Positions 27,271 through 37,255 of a stretch of DNA of 64,000 nucleotides are shown here, one piece after another. Numbering within the stretch: the first letter of the stretch is position 1; the number at the start of each line of letters is the position of its first letter. Below the pieces are notes generated by a model. It saw only the letters and a list, made by a program, of their open reading frames with translations, did no database searches and had not been told where the DNA came from. Both the position numbers and the translations under genes were made by a program. The stretch covers positions 26,410 to 90,409 of the forward strand of contig JAATFA010000108.1 of NCBI GenBank assembly GCA_015655445.1, given 5' to 3'. Origin of the DNA: Actinomycetales bacterium (GTDB lineage Bacteria; Actinomycetota; Actinomycetes; Actinomycetales; Microbacteriaceae).

Positions 27271-28755
27271 GTGCCCCCGACCCGCCTCAGCACCGCATCC
27301 CTCCCGTCGCTTCCCGAGTCGGTCGGGCGCCCCGCGTACGACCGCTCGGCGCTGCAGGTCGGCATCGTCCATTTCGGCGTCGGCGGCTTCCACCGCTCGC
27401 ACCAGGCGATGTTCCTCGACCGGCTCATGAACGCCGGGCAGGCGCTCGACTGGGCGATCTGCGGCGTCGGCGTGCTGCCCGGGGACGCGCGCATGCGCGA
27501 CGTCATGCGCGCACAGGACTGCCTCTACACGCTCGAGCTCAAGCATCCGGACGGCGAGCGCGAGCTGCGCGTCATCGGGTCCATCGCCCAGTACCTGTTC
27601 GCCCCGGACGACCCGGAGGCGGTCGTCGAGCGGATGTGCGACCCGGCCGTCCGCATCGTCTCGCTCACGGTCACCGAGGGCGGCTACAACATGGACGACC
27701 TCACGGGCGAGTTCGTCGCGGACCGTCCCGACGTCGCCGCCGACGCGTCCGGACGGAGCGCCCCCACGACGGTGTTCGGCCTCGTCGTCGAGGCGCTCGT
27801 GCGCCGCCGCGACCGGGGGATCGCACCCTTCACGATCATGTCGTGCGACAACATCCAGGGGAACGGCGAGATCGCTCGGCGCGCCTTCTCGGGCTACGCG
27901 CGCCTGCGCTCCCCGGAGCTCGGCGCGTGGGTCGAGCGCGAGGTCGCCTTCCCCAACTCGATGGTCGACCGCATCACGCCCGTCACGAGCGACGCGGACC
28001 GCGCGGAGGTCGCCGAGCGCACGGGGCTCTTCGACGGCTGGCCCGTCGTCGCGGAGCCGTTCGTGCAGTGGGCGCTCGAGGACCGCTTCCCGCTCGGGCG
28101 TCCCCCGTTCGAGACCGTGGGCGTGCAGGTCGTCGACGACGTCGAGCCGTACGAGCTCATGAAGCTGCGCCTGCTCAACGCGACGCACCAGGGCATGTGC
28201 TATTTCGGATACCTCGGCGGCTATCGCTACGCGCACGAGGCCTCGGCGGACCCGGCGATCGCGGCCTTCCTGCTCGAGTACATGGACGAGGAGGCGACGC
28301 CGACCCTGCGTCCCGTGCCGGGCGTCGACCTGCGCGTGTACAAGCACACGCTCCTCGAGCGCTACCGCAACCCCGAGGTGCGCGACACGCTCGCGCGGCT
28401 GTGCGCGGAGTCGAGCGACCGCATCCCGAAGTGGCTGCTGCCGGTCGTGCGCGAGCAGCTCGCCCGCGGGGGCCGCGTGACGAACTCGGCCGCGATCGTG
28501 GCGAGCTGGGCGCGGTACGCCGAGGGGGTGGACGAGAGCGGCGAGCCGATCGAGGTCGTCGATCGCCTGCGCGACGAGCTCGTCCCGCTCGCGCGCGCGC
28601 AGCGGGAGGACCCGATCGCGTTCCTGCGCAATCGCACGCTCTTCGGCGATCTCGTCGACGACCCCCGCTTCACCGAACCGTACCTCGCGACGCTCGCGTC
28701 GCTGCACGAGCGCGGCGCGCTCGCGACCGTGCGCTCCCTCGCGCACCTGGGCTGA
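27271..28755 (+). CDS. Mannitol dehydrogenase family protein
   Basis: IVHFGVGGFHRSHQA, SLTVTEGGY, SCDN, FPNSMVDRITP, KLRLLN. Confidence 0.95.
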   Translation: MPPTRLSTASLPSLPESVGRPAYDRSALQVGIVHFGVGGFHRSHQAMFLDRLMNAGQALDWAICGVGVLPGDARMRDVMRAQDCLYTLELKHPDGERELRVIGSIAQYLFAPDDPEAVVERMCDPAVRIVSLTVTEGGYNMDDLTGEFVADRPDVAADASGRSAPTTVFGLVVEALVRRRDRGIAPFTIMSCDNIQGNGEIARRAFSGYARLRSPELGAWVEREVAFPNSMVDRITPVTSDADRAEVAERTGLFDGWPVVAEPFVQWALEDRFPLGRPPFETVGVQVVDDVEPYELMKLRLLNATHQGMCYFGYLGGYRYAHEASADPAIAAFLLEYMDEEATPTLRPVPGVDLRVYKHTLLERYRNPEVRDTLARLCAESSDRIPKWLLPVVREQLARGGRVTNSAAIVASWARYAEGVDESGEPIEVVDRLRDELVPLARAQREDPIAFLRNRTLFGDLVDDPRFTEPYLATLASLHERGALATVRSLAHLG

Positions 28756-28996
28756 CGCGAGGGCCCGCGGGCGACATGCGAGCGCTCGCGGGTCCCCCGT
28801 TCGGGGGCGAGCGCGCGCCTGTTGCTCGGGCCGCCGGCATCGCTATCCTGTCCGTGAGAGACGCCGCCCGGGGTGATGGGGTCCCTGGCACAGTCCCTCC
28901 GGGTGTCCGCTCGGGCGCGGGCACCCGCCCTGACCCGAACGCGCAACGGAGCGCCGAGCACCGCGCGGCGGGCTCGCCGTCCCGCCCGGGCGAGCG

Positions 28997-29719
28997 CTAC
29001 TCCTCCTCGGCGGCGAGGCGCACGGCGCGCACGCCGTCGACGGAGCCGAGTCCTTCGACGAGGCCGTCGACGTCTCCCGTCCCCTCGACCTGCACGGCGA
29101 CGGAGACGAGGCCGTCGCTCGTGCCCTCGCTCGGCACGAGGCGCAGCACGCGCCATGTGCGGCTCGTCGCGGCGGCGATGAGCTCGCGCAGCACGCCACG
29201 TCCGTCGAGGTAGACGACCTCGAGCTCGACCGAGCGCTCACGGCCGGGGAGCACACGCAGGAGCGCCGTGTAGCCGAAGACGGCGACGAAGTAGAGGGCG
29301 GTCGCGACGATCGCGAGCAGCCACAGGCCCGCGCCCGCCGCCATGCCGATCGCCGCCGTCTCCCACACGGCGGCCGCGGTCGTGAGACCACGCACCGCTC
29401 CGCGCCGCGTGAGGATGAGGCCCGCGCCGAGGAAGCCGACGCCCGAGACGATCTGCGCCGCGACGCGCGACGGGTCGAGCACGATCGCGCCCTGCACGAG
29501 CACGTCGGTGAAGCCGTACTTGGAGACGATGAGCATGAGCGCCGAGGCGGTGCCCACGATCGCCTGCGTGCGCAGGCCGGCGCTCTTGTGCCGCAGCTGC
29601 CGCTCGAAGCCGATGAGCGAGGACAGGGCGAAGGCGAGCGCGAGCTCGCCGACCTGCAGCCAGCCCTGCCCGTCGAGCCACGCCTGCCCCGTGAGGTGGT
29701 CGAGAGCGGTCGTCGTCAT
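28997..29719 (-). CDS. MgtC/SapB family protein
   Basis: IGFER...AGLRT, DPSRVAAQIVSGVGFLGAG, GLTTAA. Confidence 0.95.
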   Translation of the reverse strand: MTTTALDHLTGQAWLDGQGWLQVGELALAFALSSLIGFERQLRHKSAGLRTQAIVGTASALMLIVSKYGFTDVLVQGAIVLDPSRVAAQIVSGVGFLGAGLILTRRGAVRGLTTAAAVWETAAIGMAAGAGLWLLAIVATALYFVAVFGYTALLRVLPGRERSVELEVVYLDGRGVLRELIAAATSRTWRVLRLVPSEGTSDGLVSVAVQVEGTGDVDGLVEGLGSVDGVRAVRLAAEEE

Positions 29720-29808
29720 CCCTTCGACGGTACGCCTCGCGAGGGTCCCGTGTCCCGCCCCTCCCGCCGTCTCGGAGTCGGGCGTACGCGGCAGGGGGAG
29801 CGCTCGCG

Positions 29809-31236
29809 TCAGGAGGCCGGGGGAGCGCTCGCCCGCGCCGCCCGCAGCTTGACGGCCGCGAAGACCGCTGCGGCGCCGGCGCCGGCCGCCGCGACGTAGA
29901 GCACGGAGACCGCCGCGTGGGCGTGCGCGGCGAGCGATGCGCTCGCGGCTCCCGTGAGCACGAAGGCCATGCCGACGGTCGCGCTCCCCGCCGACTGTGC
30001 GACCGTGCGGTTGAGGTTGAGCACGCCCGCGGCGGATCCGGCGTAGTGCATGGGCGCGGCGGACATCATGTCCCGGTTGTTCGGGGACTGGAAGATCGCG
30101 AAGCCGAGCCCCGTGACGGCCGTGCGCAGCAGCACGTCCCACGTCGGCGGGTGCGCGGGCAGGAGCGCGAGCGAGAGCAGGCCGCCCGCGAACACGATGA
30201 GGCCGACGAGCGCGAGGACGGCGGGCGAGACCCGGTCCGCGGCGCGACCGGCGAGGGGCGCGACGAGGAAGACGACGAACGGCCAGGGCGTGAAGAGCAG
30301 CGCCGACTCGAGCGGCGTCGCGCCGTAGACGCTCTGGAACAGGAACGGCAGGGCGACGAACGCGACACCCTGCCCGAAGAACGACCAGAAGGCCGTGACC
30401 ACGGCGAGCGTGAACCGCCCGGTGAACATCGGGATGGGCAGCACGGGCCGCGGGGCGCGCCGCTCCCGCAGGATGAAGAGCGCGACGAGCACGGCCGTCG
30501 CGAGCAGCAGGAGCACGGCGCTCCACCCCGAGGCAGAGTGGGCGATCTGCTCCGTGCCGAGCAGGAAGCATGCGATCGCCGCCGCCGCGAGCACCGCGCC
30601 CAGCACGTCGAAGCGCCCCGGCACGGCTTCCGTGCGGGGGAGGAAGAGGGCGCCGAGCACGGTCGCGATCGCACCGATCGGCACGTTGATGAGGAAGAGC
30701 CACGGCCACGACGCGATGGAGAGGATGAGGCCGCCGAGCGCGGGGCCCGCGGACGTGCCGAGCGCGACGACCATCGCGTTGATCCCGAGCATCGATCCGA
30801 GCCGCTCCGGCGGGAAGAGGTAGCGGTAGAGGGGGATCGCGACGGCGAGCACGAGCGCAGATCCGACGCCCTGCGCCACGCGCGCCGCGACGAGCAGCGC
30901 GAGGGTGGGCGAGAGCGCGCACGCGAGTGAGGCGAGGGTGAACACCGGCAGCCCGAGGAGGAAGAGCCGGTGCCGGCCGAAGCGGTCCCCGAGCGCCGCC
31001 GTCGTGGGGATGCAGCACGCGACCGCCATGAGGAAGGCCGTCGTCACCCACACGGTGTCGGCCGCGCTCGCATGGAGCTCGCGCGAGAGCTGCGGGAGCG
31101 CGACGTTGACGATGGAGGCGTCGATCGTCGCCATGAGGATCGCGAGCAGGATCGCGAGCACGCCGAGATTGCGACGGAAGGACGATCCCGGATAGCCGCC
31201 CGCGGCCCTCGTCCCGACGCGCGTGCTCGAGTTCAT
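29809..31236 (-). CDS. MFS efflux transporter (DHA2-type)
   Basis: DASIVNVALP, LGDRFG, GPALGG, WPWLFLINVPIG. Confidence 0.93.
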   Translation of the reverse strand: MNSSTRVGTRAAGGYPGSSFRRNLGVLAILLAILMATIDASIVNVALPQLSRELHASAADTVWVTTAFLMAVACCIPTTAALGDRFGRHRLFLLGLPVFTLASLACALSPTLALLVAARVAQGVGSALVLAVAIPLYRYLFPPERLGSMLGINAMVVALGTSAGPALGGLILSIASWPWLFLINVPIGAIATVLGALFLPRTEAVPGRFDVLGAVLAAAAIACFLLGTEQIAHSASGWSAVLLLLATAVLVALFILRERRAPRPVLPIPMFTGRFTLAVVTAFWSFFGQGVAFVALPFLFQSVYGATPLESALLFTPWPFVVFLVAPLAGRAADRVSPAVLALVGLIVFAGGLLSLALLPAHPPTWDVLLRTAVTGLGFAIFQSPNNRDMMSAAPMHYAGSAAGVLNLNRTVAQSAGSATVGMAFVLTGAASASLAAHAHAAVSVLYVAAAGAGAAAVFAAVKLRAARASAPPAS

Positions 31237-31404
31237 GCCATCCGTTCTGGGCTCCGGGGAGGAACGGCCCGCGCGCCGCGTGCATGCAGCCGTGCGCCCA
31301 TTATCTCCCGAGCGTCACATCCCCGGCGCGTCGCGCCCGCCGACCACGGGCGGGCGGGAGCGCCCCGGAGCCTGTGGGGAGCGGGCGGGCAGCCGCGCGG
31401 GCCG

Positions 31405-32334
31405 TCAAGGCACGAGGTAGCCGGCAGCGGTGAACAGGCGGTACCACTCCTCGCGCGTGAGCGGCAGCTCGGAGCCCGCGGCCGACTCCGCGACGCGCTC
31501 GGGCCGCGTCGTGCCGAGCACGACCTGCATGCGTGCGGGGTGGCGCGTGATCCACGCAACCGCGATCGCCGCGGGACCGACGTCGTAGCGGGCGGCGAGC
31601 TCGTCGATGACGTCGTTGAGCTCGGCGTAGTCCTCGCGGTCGCCGAGGAAGACGCCGCCGAAGAAGCCCTTCTGGAACGGGGACCACGCCTGCAGCGTGA
31701 TGTCGTGCAGGCGGCTGTAGTCGAGGATGCCGTTGTCGCGATCGATCGACTGGTCGAGCTCGGCCATGTTCGAGGCGACGCCCGCGGCGATGAGGGGCGC
31801 GTGCGCGATGCTCAGCTGCACCTGGTTGACGACGAGCGGCTGGTGCACGGATCGCTTGAGCAGCTCGACCTGGCCGGGCGTGTGGTTCGAGACGCCGAAG
31901 TGCCGCACCTTCCCCGCCGCGTGCAGCGCGTCGAAGGCGGCCGCGACCTCCTCCGGCTCGACGAGCGCGTCCGGGCGGTGGAGCAGGAGCACGTCGAGGT
32001 AGTCGGTGCGCAGCGCGGAGAGCGACTCGTCGACCGAGGAGAGGATGTGCTCCTTCGAGAAGTCGAAGTATCCCGGGCGGATGCCGACCTTCGACTGCAC
32101 CACGATCGACTCGCGCTCGGCGGGGCTGAGCCGCAGCGCGTCGCCGAACCGGCGCTCGCACACGTGCGGGGCTCCGCCGTAGACGTCCGCGTGGTCGAAG
32201 AAGGTGATCCCGGCGTCTCGGGCCGTCCCCACGAGGGTGCGGATATCCTCGTCCTCGAGTGCGGCGATGCGCATGAGGCCGAGGATGATGTTCGAGGCGT
32301 GCAGGTCGGTCTGGGGCAGGGTGAAGGTCCTCAC
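31405..32334 (-). CDS. Aldo/keto reductase (YdhF-like)
   Basis: FFDHADVYG, LLLHRPD, GVSNH, AWSP. GTG at 32334. Confidence 0.93.
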   Translation of the reverse strand: MRTFTLPQTDLHASNIILGLMRIAALEDEDIRTLVGTARDAGITFFDHADVYGGAPHVCERRFGDALRLSPAERESIVVQSKVGIRPGYFDFSKEHILSSVDESLSALRTDYLDVLLLHRPDALVEPEEVAAAFDALHAAGKVRHFGVSNHTPGQVELLKRSVHQPLVVNQVQLSIAHAPLIAAGVASNMAELDQSIDRDNGILDYSRLHDITLQAWSPFQKGFFGGVFLGDREDYAELNDVIDELAARYDVGPAAIAVAWITRHPARMQVVLGTTRPERVAESAAGSELPLTREEWYRLFTAAGYLVP

Positions 32335-32405
32335 GCGCCCATCCTGACAGCGGCGCCGCGCGCGTGCGGGGCCCCGGCGCGACCCGTCTGCCCCGCCCCT
32401 ATCGC

Positions 32406-32463
32406 CGAAGTGTGAGTTTGTGCGGGTTTCGGGCACCCGAAACCCGCACAAACTCACACTTCG
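32406..32463. repeat. 58-bp palindromic element, copy 1
   Basis: cgaagtgtgagtttgtgcgggtttcggg-ca-cccgaaacccgcacaaactcacacttcg, 28-bp perfect arms. Confidence 0.95.
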
Positions 32464-32534
32464 CGCGCCGGGTCGCGCGCCGGGTCGCGCGCCGAGCGGT
32501 GCGGCGGTGCGGCGGGAGCGCGTCGTCGAGCCCC

Positions 32535-33458
32535 CTACACGGCGGGGACGCGATCGGCGAGGCGCACCCCCGTGAGCTCCTCGGCGAGCGTCCACAGGCG
32601 CTCCGCGAGGCGCGGGTCCCGCGCGGACCGGGGGACGCGCACGCGCGCCGTGGGCCCGACGAGGCCGAGCGCGCCGCCCGGTCCGTAGTATGCGCCCTGC
32701 TCGGCCGCGGGGTCGGCCGCCGCGAACAGGAGCGGCTCCGCCCCCGTCTCCACGCCCTGCGAGGGCAGCAGAGTGCGCCGCCGCGGAGGGAGCTTGTCGT
32801 CGCGCGTGAGGTTGACGCCGGCGGTCTGCAGGTTGGTGAGCGTGTAGCCGGGATGGGCGATCGTGCTCAGCAGGTCCCAGCCGCGCTCCGTCGCGATGCT
32901 CGCGAGGCGCAGCGCCATGAGCATGTCCGCGAGCTTCGACTGGGCGTACGAGCCCTGCGGCGAATACCGCCGCGTCCAGTGCGGGTCGTCGAAGCGGATG
33001 CGCCCCCAGGTCGCCGTGCCGCTCGACATGGTCGCGACGCGCGCGCCCCGCGTCGCGAGCAGGAGCGGCAGGAGGCGCACGGTCAGGGCGAACGGTCCGA
33101 GGAAGTTGCTGCCGAACTGCAGCTCGAAGCCGTCGGCGGTCTCGAGTCGTCGCCGCGGGGCCATGACCCCCGCGTTGTTGACGAGGGCGTGCAACGGTCG
33201 GCCGTCGGCGAGGAGGCTCTCAGCGAGCTCGCGCACGCTCTCGAGGTCGGCGAGGTCGACGCGTCGCACCTCGAGGGAGGCGCGGGGCGACTCGCGCAGT
33301 ATCGAGGCGCGAGCGTCCTCGCCCTTCTCGAGGCTGCGCACGGCGAGCACGACCTCGGCTCCCGCGGCCGCGAGACGGCGCGCCGCCTCGCGGCCGGTGC
33401 CGCTGTTGGCACCCGTGACGACGAATCGGCGGCCGGACTGGTCCGGAACGGTGTACAT
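32535..33458 (-). CDS. SDR family oxidoreductase (retinol-DH/WWOX-like)
   Basis: [27 protein letters not shown]. Confidence 0.93.
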   Translation of the reverse strand: MYTVPDQSGRRFVVTGANSGTGREAARRLAAAGAEVVLAVRSLEKGEDARASILRESPRASLEVRRVDLADLESVRELAESLLADGRPLHALVNNAGVMAPRRRLETADGFELQFGSNFLGPFALTVRLLPLLLATRGARVATMSSGTATWGRIRFDDPHWTRRYSPQGSYAQSKLADMLMALRLASIATERGWDLLSTIAHPGYTLTNLQTAGVNLTRDDKLPPRRRTLLPSQGVETGAEPLLFAAADPAAEQGAYYGPGGALGLVGPTARVRVPRSARDPRLAERLWTLAEELTGVRLADRVPAV

Positions 33459-33477
33459 TCTGTGCTCCTCGGCGATA

Positions 33478-33526
33478 ATAAAACCATTGGTCTGTTATGA
33501 ATCGTAACAGACCACCGGTCTTTTAA
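33478..33526. promoter_or_regulatory. TetR operator pair forming an inverted repeat TGGTCTGTTA-N7-TAACAGACCA
   Basis: AT-rich dyad in the SDR/TetR divergent gap. Confidence 0.75.
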
Positions 33527-33540
33527 TCAAGAGGGGCGCC

Positions 33541-34242
33541 GTGACGTCATCCGCCTTCGCGCGAGCCAGAACCGAGGAGCAGCGCGCCGCGCGGCGCGAG
33601 GCCATCCTCTCGGCCGCTGCCGACCTGCTCGAGGGGTCTCGCGTCGCCGAGCTCAGCCTCAACGAGCTCGCGCGGCACGTAGGCCTGGCCAAGTCGAACG
33701 TGCTGCGCTACTTCGAGTCGCGCGAGGCGGTGCTGCTCGAGCTCCTCGACCGCGAGCAGCGCGCGTGGCTCGACGACGTCGAGGCGCGGCTCGACGCCGT
33801 CGGGGAGCCGGTGGCGGCGGTGGATGAGGTGGAGCGCGTCGCGGCCGCGATCGCCGACGCGGCGGCCGCGCATCCGCTGCTCGGCGAGCTCACCGCGAAC
33901 TCGACGACCGTGCTCGAGCACAACGTGTCCGCGGGGGTCGCCGCGACGTACAAGCGTGCGTCGATCGCGAACGCGCGCCGCCTCTCTGCGCTCGCTGGTA
34001 CGCGCGTGGGCGGCTTCACAGAGGAGGCCGCGCTCTCCTTCGCGGGCGCGGTCATGCTCGCCGTCGGCGGCGTGTGGGCCATGTGCCGACCCTCTGCGGG
34101 GATGCTCGCCGCCTATCGCGAGCAGCCCGACCTCGAGGCGTACCGGCTCGACTACCACGGCGTGCTCGGAGAGCTCGTCGCGACCGTGCTCACGGGCCTG
34201 CTCCACCGCCCCGCGCGCGCCCCCGCTCCTCCCGGCGCGTGA
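33541..34242 (+). CDS. TetR family regulator
   Basis: FARARTEEQR..RREAIL, SLNELARHVGLAKSNVLRYFESRE. Confidence 0.93.
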   Translation: MTSSAFARARTEEQRAARREAILSAAADLLEGSRVAELSLNELARHVGLAKSNVLRYFESREAVLLELLDREQRAWLDDVEARLDAVGEPVAAVDEVERVAAAIADAAAAHPLLGELTANSTTVLEHNVSAGVAATYKRASIANARRLSALAGTRVGGFTEEAALSFAGAVMLAVGGVWAMCRPSAGMLAAYREQPDLEAYRLDYHGVLGELVATVLTGLLHRPARAPAPPGA

Positions 34243-34288
34243 CCGCCCGTCCCGTGCCGCCAGCGCCGGTCGCCGTCCGAGCGTTCGC

Positions 34289-34346
34289 CGAAGTGTGAGT
34301 TTGTGCGGGTTTCGGCGACGCCGAACCCGCACAAACTCACACTTCG
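34289..34346. repeat. 58-bp palindromic element, copy 2 (overlaps the citrate synthase stop)
   Basis: cgaagtgtgagtttgtgcgggtttcggcgacgccgaacccgcacaaactcacacttcg. Confidence 0.95.
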
Positions 34347-35494
34347 GGGGAGTGGACGGGGGGTCCGACGTAGCGGGAGGACGGTCGGATCATCTTGCCG
34401 TCGGCCGCCTGCTCGAGCACGTGAGCGCTCCATCCGATCGCGCGGGCCGCCGCGAACGTGCACGTGAACAGCTCGCGCGGAACGCCGCACTCGCCCATGA
34501 CAACGCCCGCGTAGTACTCGACGTTCGCGTGCAGCTCGCGCCCGGGCTTGAGCTCGCGCAGCGCATCCTCGATGCGCTCCTCGGTCGCGATCGCGAGCTC
34601 GACGGTCGGGCCCCCGAGCGAGCGAGCGACGCCCTTGAGCAGGCGCGAGCGCGGATCCTCGGTCCGGTACACCGCGTGACCGAACCCCATGACCCGGCCC
34701 CCCGCCGCGAGCTGCTCGCGCACCCACGCCGCGGCACGCTCCGGCGCGCCGATCTGCTCGATCGCGTCGAGGGCGCGACTCGGGGCGCCGCCGTGACGCG
34801 GACCGGCGAGCGCGCCGAGCGCGCCGACGATGCAGGACGCGGCATCCGATCCGGTCGACGCGATGACGCGCGCGGTGAACGTCGACGCATTGAAGCCGTG
34901 GTCGATCGTCGCGATGAGGTACTGTTCGAGCGCCCGAGCGAGGCGCGGCTCCGGAGGCTCCCCGGAGAGCATCGCGAGATAGTTCGCAGCGTGGCCGAGG
35001 CCGTCGACGGGCTCGACGGGCTCGAGCCCCCGCGCGATGCGGTGCTGCGCGGCCACGAGCGTCGGGATCGCGGCCGCGAGCCGCACGAGGTCGGCACGCC
35101 GCTCGGCCGGGTCGGCATCGTAGAGCGGGCGCATCCCGAGCTGCGAGCCGAGGAGCGCGACGGCGGTCGTGAGCGCCAGGAGCGGGCGACCCGGTTCGCG
35201 CGGCGTGATCGCGGGGAGCGCGTCCCACACGGACGACGGCACTCGCCGTGCGGAGGCGAGCTCGTCGCGGAAGGCGGCGAGACGCGTCGGATCGGGCAGC
35301 CCGCCGTCGAGCACGAGCGCCCACACCTCCTCGAGCGAGCGCGTCTCGGCGAGCTCGACCGCCGGGTGGCCGCGGTAGTGGTAGAAGCCCTCCTCGCCGC
35401 GCACGTCGCCGATCGCGGTGTGCGCGGCGACGACGCCGTTGAGCCCGCGGGGCACCTCGATGGGATCGGTACGGCGGGCATCCGTCGTCGTCAT
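34337..35494 (-). CDS. Citrate synthase / methylcitrate synthase family enzyme
   Basis: GLNGVV, YRG, DHGFNASTFTAR, HGGAP, MGFGHAVY..DPR, NVEYY. ATG at 35494 after GAGGAGG. Confidence 0.92.
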   Translation of the reverse strand: MTTTDARRTDPIEVPRGLNGVVAAHTAIGDVRGEEGFYHYRGHPAVELAETRSLEEVWALVLDGGLPDPTRLAAFRDELASARRVPSSVWDALPAITPREPGRPLLALTTAVALLGSQLGMRPLYDADPAERRADLVRLAAAIPTLVAAQHRIARGLEPVEPVDGLGHAANYLAMLSGEPPEPRLARALEQYLIATIDHGFNASTFTARVIASTGSDAASCIVGALGALAGPRHGGAPSRALDAIEQIGAPERAAAWVREQLAAGGRVMGFGHAVYRTEDPRSRLLKGVARSLGGPTVELAIATEERIEDALRELKPGRELHANVEYYAGVVMGECGVPRELFTCTFAAARAIGWSAHVLEQAADGKMIRPSSRYVGPPVHSPEV

Positions 35495-35553
35495 GGCTCC
35501 TCCTCGTTGCGGCCTGCGCTCCCGGGCAGGTCCTCCCTCCACGCTCGATCATG

Positions 35554-35588
35554 ATTGATACGGTTGTCAACGTTGATTGGATCAATGT
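35554..35588. promoter_or_regulatory. AT-rich TTGAT/ATCAA dyads between the two citrate synthase genes
   Basis: gattgatacggttgtcaacgttgattggatcaatg. Confidence 0.55.
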
Positions 35589-35597
35589 GGGAGGACC

Positions 35598-36848
35598 ATG
35601 GCCGAGGAGAGCGGCCCTGCGCCGGCCCGTCCGCCGCTCCCGCGACTCCCGCGGCTCACGACCGAGCAGGTGGCGGCGCGACTCGGCGTGCGCATCGAGA
35701 CCGTCTACGCGTACGTGAGTCGCGGGCTGCTCACGAGCGAGCACGCTGCCGGTCGTCGCGCGAGCACGTTCGACGCGCTCGAGGTCGAGGCGCTCGCCGC
35801 ACGTCGACGGCGCTCGCGCTCGGGCGGAGCGCCGACGACGTCCGGCAGCCCGCTCATGGTGATCGAGTCCGCGATCACTCTCGTCGAGGACGATCGGCTG
35901 TACTACCGCGGGCGGGACGCGTGCGTTCTCGCGCGCGCACACGGCTTCGAGGAGGTCGCGTCCTGGCTCGTCGCGGGCGAGCTCGCGCCGATGCTCGTCC
36001 GCGTGGACGAGGGGACGGACGCCGCGATCCGCGCCGCCGTCGCCGCTCTGCCCGCGGACGCCGGGCTCGTCGACCGCATGCGCGTGGCCCTCGTCGTCGC
36101 CGGATCGCTCGACCCGCTGCGCTTCGACACGGCGGGCATCGCGCTGCCCGCGACCGTGCGCTCGATCGTCGCCGCGCTCGTCGCCTCGCTCCCCGCGACG
36201 ACGGGGGAGGGCACCGTCGCCGAGTGCGTCGTGTCGGCGCTCGCCGCCCCGGAGGCGCGGCCGTTCGCGCCCGTCGTCGACGCGGCGCTCGTCCTCCTGC
36301 TCGACCACGAGCTCGCGGCGTCGACGCTCGCCGCGCGCGTGGCGGCGTCGGCGCGCGCGCACCCGTACGCGATCGTCGCGGCCGCACTCGGTCCCCTCGA
36401 GGGCAGCCTGCACGGTGCCGCGAGCGCGGCTGCCCACCGGATGCTCGCCGAGACGGTCGCGTCGGGACGCGCGGACGAGGTGGTCGCGGGCATCCTGCGC
36501 GCGGGTGCCCGCATCCCCGGGTTCGGGCACGCCGCGTACGCGGGGGAGGATCCACGCGCGCTCGAGCTCCTCGAGCGGCTCGCGGGGGTGCCGGCGGCGG
36601 CGCAGGCGCTCGCGGCGGTGCGCGCGATCGAGGGGGTCGTCCGCGCGCGCACGCCGCTGCGACCGAACGTGGACCTCGCGCTCGGGGCGCTCACGCTCGC
36701 GGCGGGCATGCGTGCGGACGCCGGCGAGGCGGTGTTCGCGATCGCGCGGTCGGTCGGATGGCTCGCGCACGCGCTCGAGGAGTACGGCGAGTCCCCCCTG
36801 CGCTTGCGCCCGACCGCGCGCTATGTCGGGCCGCCGCCCGCGCCGTGA
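35598..36848 (+). CDS. HTH-citrate synthase fusion protein
   Basis: N-terminal LTTEQVAARLGVRIETVYAYVSRGLL (MerR/excisionase-like HTH), then LYYRG, DHEL, LHG, GFGH, PNVD. Confidence 0.9.
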   Translation: MAEESGPAPARPPLPRLPRLTTEQVAARLGVRIETVYAYVSRGLLTSEHAAGRRASTFDALEVEALAARRRRSRSGGAPTTSGSPLMVIESAITLVEDDRLYYRGRDACVLARAHGFEEVASWLVAGELAPMLVRVDEGTDAAIRAAVAALPADAGLVDRMRVALVVAGSLDPLRFDTAGIALPATVRSIVAALVASLPATTGEGTVAECVVSALAAPEARPFAPVVDAALVLLLDHELAASTLAARVAASARAHPYAIVAAALGPLEGSLHGAASAAAHRMLAETVASGRADEVVAGILRAGARIPGFGHAAYAGEDPRALELLERLAGVPAAAQALAAVRAIEGVVRARTPLRPNVDLALGALTLAAGMRADAGEAVFAIARSVGWLAHALEEYGESPLRLRPTARYVGPPPAP

Positions 36849-36920
36849 CGCGTGCCGGCGCGCCGCTGCGCTGCGCCCCTCGCGTCGCCGTGACGCGCGC
36901 ACGCAGGCGGAGGCGACGCG

Positions 36921-36978
36921 CGAAGTGTGAGTATGTGCGGGTTTCGGCATCGCCGAACCCGCACATACTCACACTTCG
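36921..36978. repeat. 58-bp palindromic element, copy 3 (compensatory variant)
   Basis: cgaagtgtgagtAtgtgcgggtttcggcatcgccgaacccgcacaTactcacacttcg. Confidence 0.95.
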
Positions 36979-36995
36979 GCGAGAGGGGAGGGGGG

Positions 36996-37142
36996 TCAGG
37001 GGGCGAGCGCGGCGGCGAGCTCCTCGCCGGTCCGCGCGACGGACTCGAGCTCGAGGGCCTCCTCGACGTCGCCGCGCGAGCGGGCGTGCGCGGCGACGCG
37101 CCGCAGCCTCGCGACCGCCTCGCGCAACTCCTGCTCCGTCAC
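36996..37142 (-). CDS. Small hypothetical helical protein (48 aa)
   Basis: GTG-TEQELREAVARLRRVAAHARSRGDVEEALELESVARTGEELAAALAP; high-GC3 codons; TACCCT 6 nt upstream. Confidence 0.5.
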   Translation of the reverse strand: MTEQELREAVARLRRVAAHARSRGDVEEALELESVARTGEELAAALAP

Positions 37143-37255
37143 GCCGGGAGGGTAGCTTCTGCTCCTCGAGCACGTCCACTGCTCCTGACCGTTGACTGCG
37201 AGCGCGCCGCCGCACCCGCGTCGCACGAGCGCGAGCGGCCCCTATCGTGATCCGT

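Noticed and set aside
34152-36950. Long Arg/Ala/Pro-rich ORFs, e.g. 34152..36950, 16488..19040, 55341..57938, 55541..58330, 26689..28746
   Set aside because: These are shadow frames of real high-GC genes, with no family motifs.
32406-36978. 58-bp repeats as a CRISPR array
   Set aside because: They are separated by kilobases of genes rather than 30-40 bp spacers, are fully palindromic, and have no cas genes nearby.
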